A stretch of DNA of 64,000 bases. Source: Trypanosoma brucei (Eukaryota). The stretch covers positions 2,048,001 through 2,112,000 of the forward strand of contig CH464491.1 in assembly GCA_000002445.1 (NCBI GenBank), written 5' to 3'. Below the pieces are notes generated by a model. It made no database searches and was not told the origin of the DNA. It worked only from the letters and a program-made list of their open reading frames with translations. Shown in pieces: positions 21,621 through 33,500 of the stretch. How positions within the stretch are numbered: the stretch's first letter is position 1; each line of letters opens with the position of its first letter. The position numbers and the translations under genes are program-made.

Positions 21621-23420
21621 ATGAGTAGGGATCGTGGTGGTATAGAGCTTGTTTCTCATGGCAGAGGGGTACGTGACTGCTTCGAAGAGAATGAAAGCGC
21701 TTCTGATGCGCCTGATGGTGGCATGGAGTGGGTTTCCAGTGGGGACGCATCCGAGGAATGTGTTAACGACGTTGACGACATTTATAGTAACCGCGATGAT
21801 AGTGGCGCTGATGAGGAAGGAAACGAGTTTGGGCGAGAATATGAGGACGACAGGGGTGAGTTCCGCAGTGGTTTTGCGACAGCATTCAGCAACATTTTAG
21901 CCCGTGACCTGGAAATTCAACAGAGACACTGCCAACAGGTGGAAGGGGCTGGTGTTGACGTTAATCCAAGAGTTGCAACCGCCGACGGCCAGGTGGCAAC
22001 GGCGGGAGCGAAGGAGAAAATTTGCTGCATTTGCAAGGACAAATCTGTTTATACATGCCCTGGCTGCGGTGCCCGGACATGCAGCATGACGTGTGTGCGT
22101 GTTCATAAGGCGCAGTTCAATTGCAGTGGGGAGCGCAATGTTGCCGAGAAAGTGCCCCTAAGTGAGTTCACAGATAAGCAACTTGAACGCGACTTCCACT
22201 TCTTGGAGGACACACGTCGCGTGATAAGTAATTGTGAGCGCACGTTTCCAAAAATGTGGCGCTACACTTTTAGGGCGCTTCCTCCCCCACTTTATGCCCT
22301 ACGAAAGGCTGCAAAGCAGCGAGGAGTTGTATGCCAAATAACCTCCGAGGGAATGTCTAAGCGTGACGCAAACACATCCCGGTTTGATCGCAGGACAGAA
22401 ACGATCATCTGGCGTTGCCAGTTTAACTTCCACACCCCCAATTTCACCGTATCCACAGACTGGGGAAATGAAAGGCACAAACTTGGCGATATTTTGACGT
22501 ACTGCTGGGCTAAAAATCCACCGGTCCACTGTTTTCACATTAATCGAAGGTACAACCGTGCCTCCAAGTGGATTGGGATTGAGGGAGAAAGGGAAGGGAA
22601 AGAAGTGGAACGGGAAGAAGAAGGGGAAAAGGACAAGGAGAATGTTGAAAATGGAAGGGAAGAGAACGAAAGTGTGGAATTCAGGTGCTCCGGTGCCAGT
22701 GACACTTTAGCCGACATCAGTACAAGAAAAGAGGACTCAAATGATGAGGATGGTGCCGTCGGACCTCTGTTCGTCGAAGTGGGTGACAAACAACAGCAAC
22801 AACAAGTATGGAAGCCGTCAGTACTGGACATTAGTCCCCAGTCGCCCGAGGAAACTAAAAGTAAAGAAACTGTTTCTGCGTTCCTCTCTCTGGGTCCCGT
22901 CATTATTTTAGCGCAGGCAGAGCGACTCGGACTGGAGAAGAAGTATTTTCGGCTTTCCCCATCTCAAACCCTCAATGAGACATTGCGTACCCTCTTCTTC
23001 ATCAATGAGTTTCCTGTGTTCGAAGTCATTCATGCATCAGATCTCGAGTCCTATGCTCTGGTCACGGATGCTGACAAGGAGCGGATACGCGAGAGTTTCC
23101 GTGCAGCTCCACGTCCAACGAAGCCGGAGCGCCCACCGCGTCCAACGAAATCAACCTTGACACCGGAGGAGCGTGACCGTTATGCTCAGGTGCCGTGCCG
23201 CCTCTTTCTCGCGGGGTGTTGTAAACTCGGTGAAGAGGAGTGCCCGTACAGACACTGTGAATATCAGGACGTCCCGGTTTGCCGTAGTTTCATGAAGTTC
23301 GCTTCCTGTGAAAAAGGCAACCGGTGCGTGTTTCGGCACGATGCCACCGCCGTAGCGACGGCAAGGAAACGAATGCGAGAGGAGCGCCAGGCTGTACAAC
23401 TAGGCAGGCGGCGTTTTTAG
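21621..23420 (+). CDS. zf-HIT (BCD1/ZNHIT-like) protein with C-terminal tandem CCCH zinc fingers
   Basis: HIT finger 'CCICKDKSVYTCPGCGARTCSMTCVRVHKAQFNC'. An acidic Glu/Lys-rich central region follows. C-terminal 'CRLFLAGCCKLGEEECPYRH' and 'CRSFMKFASCEKGNRCVFRH' give C-x7-8-C-x5-6-C-x3-H. Start set at 'MSRDRGG' because the upstream ORF part translates a polypyrimidine tract. Confidence 0.7.
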   Translation: MSRDRGGIELVSHGRGVRDCFEENESASDAPDGGMEWVSSGDASEECVNDVDDIYSNRDDSGADEEGNEFGREYEDDRGEFRSGFATAFSNILARDLEIQQRHCQQVEGAGVDVNPRVATADGQVATAGAKEKICCICKDKSVYTCPGCGARTCSMTCVRVHKAQFNCSGERNVAEKVPLSEFTDKQLERDFHFLEDTRRVISNCERTFPKMWRYTFRALPPPLYALRKAAKQRGVVCQITSEGMSKRDANTSRFDRRTETIIWRCQFNFHTPNFTVSTDWGNERHKLGDILTYCWAKNPPVHCFHINRRYNRASKWIGIEGEREGKEVEREEEGEKDKENVENGREENESVEFRCSGASDTLADISTRKEDSNDEDGAVGPLFVEVGDKQQQQQVWKPSVLDISPQSPEETKSKETVSAFLSLGPVIILAQAERLGLEKKYFRLSPSQTLNETLRTLFFINEFPVFEVIHASDLESYALVTDADKERIRESFRAAPRPTKPERPPRPTKSTLTPEERDRYAQVPCRLFLAGCCKLGEEECPYRHCEYQDVPVCRSFMKFASCEKGNRCVFRHDATAVATARKRMREERQAVQLGRRRF

Positions 23421-24252
23421 CATATTATATAGTGTTATGGTGACTAGGCGCACCAAATAATTATATGAACAGCAAATCTTATTAATACAAATTCACATGC
23501 ACTCGCATGTATATGTATTAATAGGATTTGCCTTTGCGGCGGGTAGTGCGGCTTTGCTCGTGCTAAATGGGCTGCTACGGCATCGGAGGTACTGTGTTGC
23601 TGCTACATGTGGAAATATAGTGAAAATTAAAAAAGAAAACCGAGAACCGTGTTGACGGTTCGTTGGAGGTGTCTATGCGAGGTGAGTTACAGCACTCAGC
23701 CTTTCAGAATGTTGTTGGATCATAAGCGTTTAAAGAAGTTAACAGTAACATCGGCATAGTAGCATTACGAATTGTCGGTTGTTATACTTACATAAAAATC
23801 TCCACAGCTTTTATAACGTTGTCTCAACCATATAAAAGTGTTCACCGGAGCAACTGGTGTGTGTCCTCTTCTCTCTTTTCCATCCGTTTGAGCGCTGCAC
23901 GTTAAGTTTATACGACGCAAATTTTCTGCAAATTTCCGATCGCAGCCACTCTCGTCTGTGAAGCTGTTTTTTTTGTTCTTAGTCTTTAAGAGAAAATACT
24001 GTATCTATTCAACTTCATCTGTTGCTGCGTTAGTATAAGGATGGGCGCATCACCCACACGCCTCTTCTATGTTTTTCTCTTGTCCTTTCTGTAGTAAGTT
24101 GGCTGCGCAACACCTGTGTGCATTAGGGGTTTATTAAGAGAAGGGTGTATCATAGCCTGCACGGTTGCAGCACCAGCAGGATCAAAAGGAAAGTGCACGG
24201 GTACGGCAAACAGCGGTGTTGGACGCGGCAAGAAGTAGAGTAGGTTAAGAAG

Positions 24253-25170
24253 ATGGGGTCAGACGATAGCGAACTAGAGGTGCTACAAGATCCCTCATCA
24301 TACACCAAGTCAATTCAAAAGGATAATGGCGCACGTTGGGTGCGTGGCCTAACTCCCATTGAAACCAATGATTCGGTGAAACTTACCACAGCGCCCTCTT
24401 CAACACGCAGTTGGGTTTTACGCTGCATGAGGCACTGGCTGCTGGTGCCGGTTATATTGGGTGTCTGTTGCCTCCTTGCCTTGGCCATGGACATGGCTGA
24501 TATGTGGATGACACATGGCACCACTTACCTTGAAAGGAGGCGTCACCCTTTAGATTTCCCGTTAAATGAAGATGAGTTGCGTGGGTTCACTGCGTTACAG
24601 GGGGAGAGCTTAATGCATCATTTGAGCCGAGTCCGACGTATTTGGTGTGTTTCCGTCTTATCTACGTTATTTTCCTTGGCAATTTCGTGGAGAATAGGCA
24701 TCGCTGCGCGTGACTTTTTGGCCCTCTGTGGCGTTGGGGTTTCTATACTTTCACTCCTGGCGACCGGGGGGCAGTGGATCCTTTTGTGGACTGCATGTGA
24801 CACCAAGCCAAAGCGCGGGAACATAGAGTGCAAAGCTCCCTTTGTGTTGTATTGGTGTCTTACTGTTGCACGCATGTGTGGGCCTTTGCTTGCTGTGTGG
24901 TTTACTGCTTCGGTATTTGATGATGTGCGGGGTTATAGGTTTTTCTGGAAAATATTTTTGGCACTGCCCGTTTTCGCTTACGTTTCCGGCGCTGCGCTCC
25001 TGGCGAATTGCTGTAAACGTGGTGGAGGATCGCCTTCATGTGATGGTGAGCACGCTGTTTATCGCTGGTGTTCGGTGGCCACGCTGCTTTCGTGGACGCA
25101 GTTAGTGGTATCGTGTTGGGCACAACACCGATTTAACGTTGTGCTCATGGTGAAGCCACATAACGAGTAA
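24253..25170 (+). CDS. hypothetical multi-pass membrane protein
   Basis: A 305 aa ORF with at least six long hydrophobic segments (for example 'LLVPVILGVCCLLALAM' and 'ILSLLATGGQWILLW'). No family was recognised. Confidence 0.5.
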   Translation: MGSDDSELEVLQDPSSYTKSIQKDNGARWVRGLTPIETNDSVKLTTAPSSTRSWVLRCMRHWLLVPVILGVCCLLALAMDMADMWMTHGTTYLERRRHPLDFPLNEDELRGFTALQGESLMHHLSRVRRIWCVSVLSTLFSLAISWRIGIAARDFLALCGVGVSILSLLATGGQWILLWTACDTKPKRGNIECKAPFVLYWCLTVARMCGPLLAVWFTASVFDDVRGYRFFWKIFLALPVFAYVSGAALLANCCKRGGGSPSCDGEHAVYRWCSVATLLSWTQLVVSCWAQHRFNVVLMVKPHNE

Positions 25171-25914
25171 GCGGAGCATGGGGTTGTACTGCCAAGGAAA
25201 TGTAAGGAACGGACATAACACTGAAGAGTGCATTGTTACAATCAGAAGCCTGAACTATGCGGAAAGTGTGCACTCCAATAGCTAGCGTGTCGTGTCGTGT
25301 CGTATAAATCTACACTCCTTTGTTCTTGTCGTGGGTTTCATATTTACACATGACTTCGTTTTCTTCTGCAACGTTTCTCAAACGTTTTAGCGACGCATAT
25401 GGTGATGGTGGTACCCGGTAGTTATGGAAATAAGTTGTTTCGCTCTTTTCCGCGCTGACACACTCTCACGGAGCTGATGCGCGGCCACGTTTGGATGATT
25501 GTGTTGCTTTGAACGGCCTTCATTCGAGCTGTCGGTCTCGTGGAAATGTTTCGAGTTGCCGCGGATGGTGCCTGAATCATAATTTTCACTGAGCCCTTTT
25601 GCTGCCGTGGTGTAACTTTGTGTTTACGACCGTATGCGACCTAAACTTTTTCTGGTTATCCCCATGACTCTGGTGACCCAGTACCTGTCTTCAACCTCTG
25701 GCAATTTCTGTTAACGAACCTTTAGGTCGGCGTCTTCGAATGCTCCGCCCTGTCTTCCTTATCTGCGCGGAAATGAAAGTCCGATATGAGACGCCTATTT
25801 GTTTTCTTTACGCATTTATTTGTTTTGTGCCCCCTATTCTTATTTACTTTTTGTTTTTTTGCCTTTTGTCACATCGTATACTTGGGGCCTGAACAGGCGG
25901 GGACTGGCCGAAGT

Positions 25915-26925
25915 ATGGCAACCCATCTCATTCCGACGGCTGCGGGCGCGGGTTTAGCATTGCGGCTCTTAGACTGTTCGGCGTGTGCACTCATGAACTC
26001 TTTATCAGGATGGAAGGTCACACTTGAGGGTCGTCGCGATATTGCCAACTTCTCCCTTGACATAATAACGGGTGGAATGATGATTGGTGGGGCGGCCGAA
26101 ACGCTTGTGCCTTTTCGACTACTTGAAACCCTCCACCAAACGTTTGATGCACCTTATTCTGGTGGTACATCACACAAAGCTGCGTGGGATGCCGTACCAA
26201 GGTATGATCAGTTTGTTGTTTTGATAGCCCCATGCGATGTCCCGCAACTCATACAGAAGTTTCCTCTCTACAAGAAGGTGTGCTTGTGTGTTCCCTCGGG
26301 ACCACTTTGCTCGCGTATGCTTTTTGAGAAGTACTTGGAAGAGTTCTATGCGGAGGAATTCAACCCCGCACTATCTGCGTTGGCGGACATGGGCGGCTAC
26401 AAATGCACCGCGTGGCTACGGTCCTCGCTTACATGCCGCTACGAGGGACTTTACGTACCGGGTGTGCGTGTAGCAGAGGCTGCCGCGAGGTTACTAAGCT
26501 GCGATATCCTTGGCGAAGGCGGTGGTTGTTCCTGTGAGCGTGTGGTATTTGAAGAGGGAATCTTTGGTCTAACGCCCCGCTGGCTGGAAACCGTAATGAA
26601 AACGGCGGCATCATGTGGCGTTCCAATGAGGTGTGTGATGTTGGCGCTCTGCCGCGGTGAGAGTGGAAATGTCGGAGAAAACTACGTTCTCTCCAAGGCT
26701 ATGGAAGTGGGCATCGACACAATAGCCGTAACAGCTGTTCCCACTCCTCTTTTTCCAGGCACAGAGGGGCTTCTGGGAATCGATGATGTCCGAACCTTCG
26801 TGTCAGGGTGGAACGACGCGGGAAACGCGGCCGCCTCCCTTGAAGAACTCGAGTTGGTGGATGATTGTGTGGAGTACTGCGCTTTGGTGCGGAAGCAATG
26901 GCAGTCGTTGATGCCAACGATATAA
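25915..26925 (+). CDS. hypothetical protein
   Basis: ORF on the PTU strand. Start placed at 'MATHLIP' because upstream codons translate a T/C-rich tract. No recognised domain. Confidence 0.45.
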   Translation: MATHLIPTAAGAGLALRLLDCSACALMNSLSGWKVTLEGRRDIANFSLDIITGGMMIGGAAETLVPFRLLETLHQTFDAPYSGGTSHKAAWDAVPRYDQFVVLIAPCDVPQLIQKFPLYKKVCLCVPSGPLCSRMLFEKYLEEFYAEEFNPALSALADMGGYKCTAWLRSSLTCRYEGLYVPGVRVAEAAARLLSCDILGEGGGCSCERVVFEEGIFGLTPRWLETVMKTAASCGVPMRCVMLALCRGESGNVGENYVLSKAMEVGIDTIAVTAVPTPLFPGTEGLLGIDDVRTFVSGWNDAGNAAASLEELELVDDCVEYCALVRKQWQSLMPTI

Positions 26926-27242
26926 ACGAACAGTGCCTGTGACAGCTGCCACTGTCAGTCATTTCGGTATGTCGCGTAAATATCCTTGATGTGTACATTT
27001 GCGCATTCACTGTGGTAGCCGTTGTTGTCGAGATTATTAACGAATTTCTTTGGTGTTGTCGTGCTGTTTCCTGCTGCTGATTCCATCCTAATCGTGTTCA
27101 TCGGGAGACTATGAAGAACTGTGTCTTTCCGACTTCATGTTATCTTATGATTCTTAACGATACACTTCGTTGTCGTTGATATCGTCCTTAAGTGCATGTG
27201 CAACTGGTGTCCGATTAACTGTCCTACGTCATGATAGAACCG

Positions 27243-27284
27243 ATTAATTTTTGCTTTTCCCCCCCTCCCACACACACATTCGAA
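27243..27284 (+). promoter_or_regulatory. polypyrimidine tract / splice-acceptor region upstream of RRP44
   Basis: 'ttaatttttgcttttccccccctcccacacacacattcgaag' ends 2 nt before the ATG. Confidence 0.45.
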
Positions 27285-27285
27285 G

Positions 27286-30204
27286 ATGTTTACGAAAAAA
27301 CGACTGGCTGTGCATCAGGTCCGCAGCTCTGCCACGCGGCGCACTGCGAGTGGCATCACTCGCAATGATATCGGGTGTGGTACTGTTGGTTGTAAACTCT
27401 GTGCCTCAACGGCATGTCAAAACAGTGGCAACAGCAGCTCACTCGTCCCAACAGCACCCATAATGATCCCCGACGCCGTCACCATCCTACATAATATGAA
27501 TGCTATGGAGGATGCCCGAATACAGAATATTGTTCTGCTCTCCACCGTCATGTCGGAGGTGCAAGAGCGCAACAAGGCCATATATGCGCGACTCCAGCGT
27601 TTGGTAGGTGGTGAAAGAAAGCAGTGCTACGTCTTCTCAAACGATCGCCACGAGCAGACTCATTGTGTGATGCAGAGCGAAGAAACGCGGAGCGACTTCA
27701 ATGATCGTTGCGTTCGTGTGGCAGGTCGATGGTACGCACAGCATCTTGCCCTCGCCTTCCCAGCCGTAACGGGCGTAGCGGAGATTCCAAGCGTTGTGTT
27801 AGTTTCACATGACAAACTACTGCAGAGTGCACCTAATTCAGCGCAGGCTGAGGAAAATATCTCTAACCTTTCGTGCCTCACACTGCGACAGTTTTTAGAG
27901 GGATGCGTAACGGCTGGAACGGACTTGCTGGAGATGATACAACCCGACAGACCAGTGGAAGGAAAGGAACAGGGATCAGCGAGAGCGCTGTTTTCCCCAC
28001 ACCTCGCCGAGAGTGCCTTGGATCTTGGGGTTCAAAATGGTACGTACCTTCGTGGAAAGCTGCGTGTTAGCGAAACGAATTGTTTTTTTGGCGAGATCCG
28101 CGGGCAATGGAAGGGGCACAACTTCGAGCGGGTGCTGCTGCCCGGACGGACGAACCTCAATCGTGCCATTCATGGGGACATTGTTACGGTGGAGTTACTT
28201 CCGGTGGCTTCGTGGCGCCCTTTGAGGGGTGCGAAACCAACGGAAGAGATGAACGATACCGGTGCAGGCGGTGATGATCACGAAAATAGCGGTCGTGAGG
28301 GTATCGGTGAGGAGTCAGAAGGAGCAGCACTGGCGCGTGGCTACACGCCCGTTGGCCGAGTTGTCGGCATCACCACCATGAACCGACGCCCCTTCTGTGG
28401 CAGCATCGATGTTGAAGAATTGAACAAACTGGCAGATACGTTGGACACGCTAACAGGTACGGTGAGTGTGCTGTTTCAGCCGAAGGACAATCGCATCCCC
28501 CGCATCCGTATTACTACGGCTCATCTAGGGGCTCTAAAGGATAAGAGGTTAAGTGTTATTATTGATGACTGGGGGGAGCACAGCAGCTTCCCCGTGGGTC
28601 ACTACGTTGAGGTCCTCGGTACTATTGGTGACAAGGACACGGAAGCAAAGGTGATCCTTCTGGAGAATGACATACCGCACTATGACTTTAGCGAGGCGGT
28701 GTATGACTGCCTTCCAAAGGGCGAGTGGAACGTCACTGAAGAGGAACTTGGCAACCGGTTGGATCTTCGCGACCTCTGCGTTGTCAGTGTTGATCCACTT
28801 GGATGCCGAGATATCGACGATGCGCTTCACTGCCGCAGAGTGAATGGAAACCACTTGGAGGTCGGCGTTCACATCGCCGATGTTACGCACTTCCTGAAAG
28901 AGGGCACCGCGATGGACGAGGAGGCGGCGAAGAGAAGCACAAGTGTGTATCTCGTAGATAGACGTATCAATATGCTCCCTCAACTTCTCACGGAAAACTT
29001 GTGTTCTATTGTTGCTGACGAGGACAGATATGCATTCTCAATTATGTGGGAGTTTGATGAGAATTACTCTGTAGTACGTGAGTTCTTTGGGAAGACGGTA
29101 ATCCGTTCTCGTGCTGCACTTTATTACGGTGATGCACAACGTATGATCGACGACCCTGAGGATGAGAGTGAGGCTGCTGTTTCCCTGCGGTATCTCATGC
29201 AGCTGAGTCGTCACTTCAGGAAAAGGCGCGAAAAAGACGGTGCCCTGTTCTTGTGTTCGCAGGAGTTTAAGTTTAAGGTTGACAACGATCACGTGAATCC
29301 AACGGACATGCAAGCATATCAGACTTTTGATTCTAACTCGATGATTGAGGAATGGATGCTTTTCGCCAATGCAGCGGCGGCACGGCGCGTGTACGCCAGT
29401 TTTCCTCGGTGGACCCTCCTGCGTCGCCATCAGGCCCCCGCTGAGAATGCTTTCGACACGCTGAATGAGGCAATACGTAGGAAGATTGGTCTGAAACTCG
29501 ACGACACCACATCCCTTGCGTTAAACGAATCGTTAGAGAAATGTGTTGATCCATCTGATCCCTATTTCAACAGGCTTATCCGCACCCTTGTCACTAGATG
29601 TCTGCGTCAGGCACAGTATTTTTCAAGTAGCGAGGTGTCGAAGGACGAGTTTCACCATTTCGGTCTTGCCATGCCTATTTACACGCACTTTACCTCCCCT
29701 ATTCGTCGGTACGCGGACGTAATTGTGCATCGGCAGCTTGCAGCAGCGCTCGGAATTATGGATGTTAGCGAAGCTCATATGGTTTCCGTTAAGATGGAGG
29801 CATTGGCCTCCAATCTTAACTACCGCCACGAGCAAGCGCAGAAGGCTGGACGCGACTCGCAAAATCTCTTTACAGGATTCTACTTGCGTAACTTCGCAAA
29901 CCAGGAAATACCATCGGAGGACGGTTATGTGGTTAAGTTGTCGGAAACACATGTGTTTGTTCTTGTTCCAAAGTATGGCCAGGAAGGGAAAATCGCGAAA
30001 GAGACGCTGGTTCGCGTGCCCAACTTACTTGATAAGGTGAAGGTTGGTATTGAAGTGCGGCAACGCGGTGATGTGCTCCGGGCTTCGCTAGTCTTTTCGA
30101 TTATTGGTTTAACGAAGGGTTGTGAGGACGTCAGTGAACCAGTCGCAATAGCGGGTGAAGATTTACCGTTGAAGAGGCAGCGGCTGGAGGAGGGGCAACA
30201 GTAA
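27286..30204 (+). CDS. RRP44: exosome 3'-5' exoribonuclease RRP44/DIS3 (CR3 + PIN + RNB)
   Basis: The N-terminus 'DIGCGTVGCKLCAS ... MIPDAVTILHNMNAMED ... YVFSNDRHEQT ... NDRCVRVAGRWYAQHL' parallels the human DIS3 CR3/PIN region almost motif for motif. The RNB catalytic motif 'VVSVDPLGCRDIDDALHC' and a C-terminal S1-like region are present. Confidence 0.9.
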   Translation: MFTKKRLAVHQVRSSATRRTASGITRNDIGCGTVGCKLCASTACQNSGNSSSLVPTAPIMIPDAVTILHNMNAMEDARIQNIVLLSTVMSEVQERNKAIYARLQRLVGGERKQCYVFSNDRHEQTHCVMQSEETRSDFNDRCVRVAGRWYAQHLALAFPAVTGVAEIPSVVLVSHDKLLQSAPNSAQAEENISNLSCLTLRQFLEGCVTAGTDLLEMIQPDRPVEGKEQGSARALFSPHLAESALDLGVQNGTYLRGKLRVSETNCFFGEIRGQWKGHNFERVLLPGRTNLNRAIHGDIVTVELLPVASWRPLRGAKPTEEMNDTGAGGDDHENSGREGIGEESEGAALARGYTPVGRVVGITTMNRRPFCGSIDVEELNKLADTLDTLTGTVSVLFQPKDNRIPRIRITTAHLGALKDKRLSVIIDDWGEHSSFPVGHYVEVLGTIGDKDTEAKVILLENDIPHYDFSEAVYDCLPKGEWNVTEEELGNRLDLRDLCVVSVDPLGCRDIDDALHCRRVNGNHLEVGVHIADVTHFLKEGTAMDEEAAKRSTSVYLVDRRINMLPQLLTENLCSIVADEDRYAFSIMWEFDENYSVVREFFGKTVIRSRAALYYGDAQRMIDDPEDESEAAVSLRYLMQLSRHFRKRREKDGALFLCSQEFKFKVDNDHVNPTDMQAYQTFDSNSMIEEWMLFANAAAARRVYASFPRWTLLRRHQAPAENAFDTLNEAIRRKIGLKLDDTTSLALNESLEKCVDPSDPYFNRLIRTLVTRCLRQAQYFSSSEVSKDEFHHFGLAMPIYTHFTSPIRRYADVIVHRQLAAALGIMDVSEAHMVSVKMEALASNLNYRHEQAQKAGRDSQNLFTGFYLRNFANQEIPSEDGYVVKLSETHVFVLVPKYGQEGKIAKETLVRVPNLLDKVKVGIEVRQRGDVLRASLVFSIIGLTKGCEDVSEPVAIAGEDLPLKRQRLEEGQQ

Positions 30205-30568
30205 ACAAGCCCAACAGATAGCTGCGCCTTCATCTTGAGACTGGTGGGGCTGTTCGCTTCGAAGGGTGGTGCGCAAACGGTTGCCGGTGATAAGCTTTTC
30301 AGGCGTTTGATGCGAAATGATTTAATCGAAGATAAGTGTAAGTCATAATCAGCTCACAGACGGCCGTTGCCCGCCATTACTGGGCCTTTAACATCCTTTC
30401 CCTCTTTCGCTGTTTTCCCTCTTCTTTTTTTGTTTTTTAGCGCACTGTATTAACATTATTATTCTGATTCCTACTTTGCATACTTCCCCGCCTTTTTTGT
30501 TCTCCGTTGTGGTACCACGCGTGACACAATGCGGATGTAGCTGGTATCCTTCATCATTTGTTTTCGGC

Positions 30569-33500
30569 ATGAATGGGAGGCTGTACTGTTTGATCCGGCG
30601 TATCACCTCCCCACCCGTGGCTACTCGTTTGATTAAGGAGGAATTGTGCTTATCCATGGCTGCCATTGCGCGTCTGCCTCTACGAAGGGATCAACTGGCA
30701 CATGTAACGAACACGGAGGCCATAACTACAAGGGCGCAACGCATCAGCCATTTATGCACTCCCACAGAACTAGGAATGATAGCGGAGGGTGCCGAAGCAC
30801 TCTCTTGTAATCGTTTCGATCTGGCAGATGCTCTCATTGATGGTGCGTATGAGTCTGTGCGCAGAGCAGCTTCATCTACGCGCCTGAGTCACGTAAGTGC
30901 AATTGCTCGGTATTCGGCTTCAATTAAAACTTATGGCAACGAAACAATTACCACCCTTCTGAAGGCGGGTGCGAGTTTGCTTCAAAAGAATGACTCGGTA
31001 CCCGTGCTGAAATCGTTCTTGGGTGTCGCTCAATCACACCTCACAGATGGAGAAATGAGGGTGTTGATTGATGAAATGTGCGCCAAGGCAACGGAGGAAC
31101 AACGCCTCTGTATTAACAGCATTGGCACGCAGTCTTTGGCCAAAGACGCCGCGAAGTGTGGGGAGGAGACGTTAACGAAGGGAAACGAAGACGGGGACGA
31201 AACTGCTGTCGATGATGAGGAAACACAAGCATGGGATATGTTACGCGCACGGCAGTGGATGTTACAATTGGTGAGGTGTGGGAAGCCACCAACGGCAGCT
31301 GAGGCGGTGCAGGCGATGGAGCTCTACGCACACTTTGCCGTTCGGGACTTTGTTTTACATGAAAAGATTGAGGACTTAGTACTGTTAGTCCTTCCTACCG
31401 GCAACAAATTTCATTTGAACGAAATGCACAAAATAGTACTGAGGTCTCCCAACCTCTTCCCGCGAGTGCGCAATACTCTAGGCCAAGATCATAGCGGAGT
31501 TTCCGATGTCCACCGTGCCGATCGCGGTGTTGAGTGGAGTGACGATCCCGCCTCTTCCCTAACAACAACCTACACAACCTCCAGGGCATACAGTATGTTG
31601 CTGCTGGGTCAGAGATTGTCAGAGGACATAATGTTTGATGTCGTACAGGAGCAGAGTGAAACCATTCCCGTTGATGTGGCGGCGCAGGCGGCATGTCTAT
31701 TTGCTGAAAAGGGTGACATTCCTGAAGGCGTCATCTTGCGCCTCTCGGCAGAACTCGAACACATTAGTCCACAAGGAGTTACGGCGTTTGTCAGGGCAGC
31801 TCGACGCGATTCTTCCGGAGCATTGCTGCCCCACTACGCGGCCGTTCTTAACCGGTTTACTGAGAGGGATCTCTGTGACACGCCACTGGAGACGCTGCTG
31901 CAAATGTGTGAAGTGTTTGCACTACCAGCCCCCCGAGGCACCAGTGAGGGAGACAACGACTCTATAAATGAGTCCCAGAGTAAGTTTCAGAAAGCGTTGA
32001 TAGTGCGGCTTTTCTCAGTGATACAGGGTTCCCGCGATGTGCCGTTCCTTTGTAAAGTGGCGAAGGCAGTGCGCGCGTTCGACGCAAATGACGAGTTGAT
32101 ACAATTTGTTTGTTCTTCCATCTGCGCTCAGGGGGCTCTCTCCGAATGCGAAGCACTCATTGCGTTTGATATGATACGATGCTGCGACTTTGTTTATGAG
32201 CCGCTATTAGACGCCATGGAACCCGTGTTCCGCCGACTTGTCGAGTCTGTGTCCGCGATGTTGGAAGGTAAGTCCACCATCAATGATGTAGAAGTACGAC
32301 GCTGTGCCTGTTTTGCCACGCTTCAGTCAGAGTTTGACTGCCCCGATTTTGAAACGCTGGCATCACTTCTGGTGCACACAGTGGAGAAAAATGTGACCGG
32401 CTGTCCTGTCGAGCTCATCCCGTCGGTTGGATTGCTCTGCGTCAGGACGAGGCGCACAAGTGCTCTTTATATCGTTGGCAACAAATTAGAAGGGAACATG
32501 CAACAGCTGTCTGACGATGCCATTGGCGAGTTAGCGCGGCTGCTCGTGGGCACAGAGAATTTGGCAACAAAGGAGCTGGCAGTCGAATTTCAATCCGTTG
32601 TTGTGAGTCGTCTGTTACGCCAACAATCTTTACCACCGGACGTTGTCGCCTTGTCGGCTGTTGTATGGCTTCGACAGGGTGACAAAGTGGGGACTATCGA
32701 CGAACGGTCAGTTGATTACATTATCAAGTGGATGTACGCAATCGGTTCGAGTGTGTACACAGATTTGTGCCTTGCAGTTCACTTGTCGGCGTCAGTGGAG
32801 TCGCTCTCGAACGCGCTCATTGATGATCTCCCGAGGAGACTGGAGCTGCTGACGACCAACGAGATGGCGAATGCTATATTTGGTCTCGGTGAGGTTTCTG
32901 ATATGGGAGCACGCCTTTCTCACCAACTGGTCGCGGAGAGATGTTCGGACTACGTTGTTGATCATTCGCAGGAGTTCTGGAGTGGGAAAGTTATTGCGCG
33001 GCTTCTGTATGGTTTCTCGCGCATGCATTGCACAAAGCGAAGCCTATATAACGTGTTCGCAACGCGCCTTGCTCATCGGCCAGTGTTTTCCCTTTTGGAT
33101 CAAGAGGCAATCAGTTTTGCTATAGCCGCCTTTGGAAGGGTGAAGTACCTCGACAAGAAACTCTTTGACCGCTTCACGCGTTGGATATTGGATCACTCAA
33201 AGGATCTGAACGCTGCGGAGTTACTCTTGACTATAAGGGGTGTCAGCCGCGTGATGTTGTTGAACGACCAACTGTACGACGACCTTGGGTCAAAGGCCGC
33301 AGAGAAGGTAAAAGAATTCCCAATCGAGTCTCAGTGCGTGCTTTTGTCGTCTTTTGGGTCACTCGGCGTTGAACACGAGAGGCTCGCGTCTCGGATGGTT
33401 TCAAGCATCGCAGAGAATAGGGAAGAGTTGACAGACGCTACCAAGGCTGTCGATGTCATTACCTCCCTGTGGTCAATGAACTATGACGTTGAGGACGATA

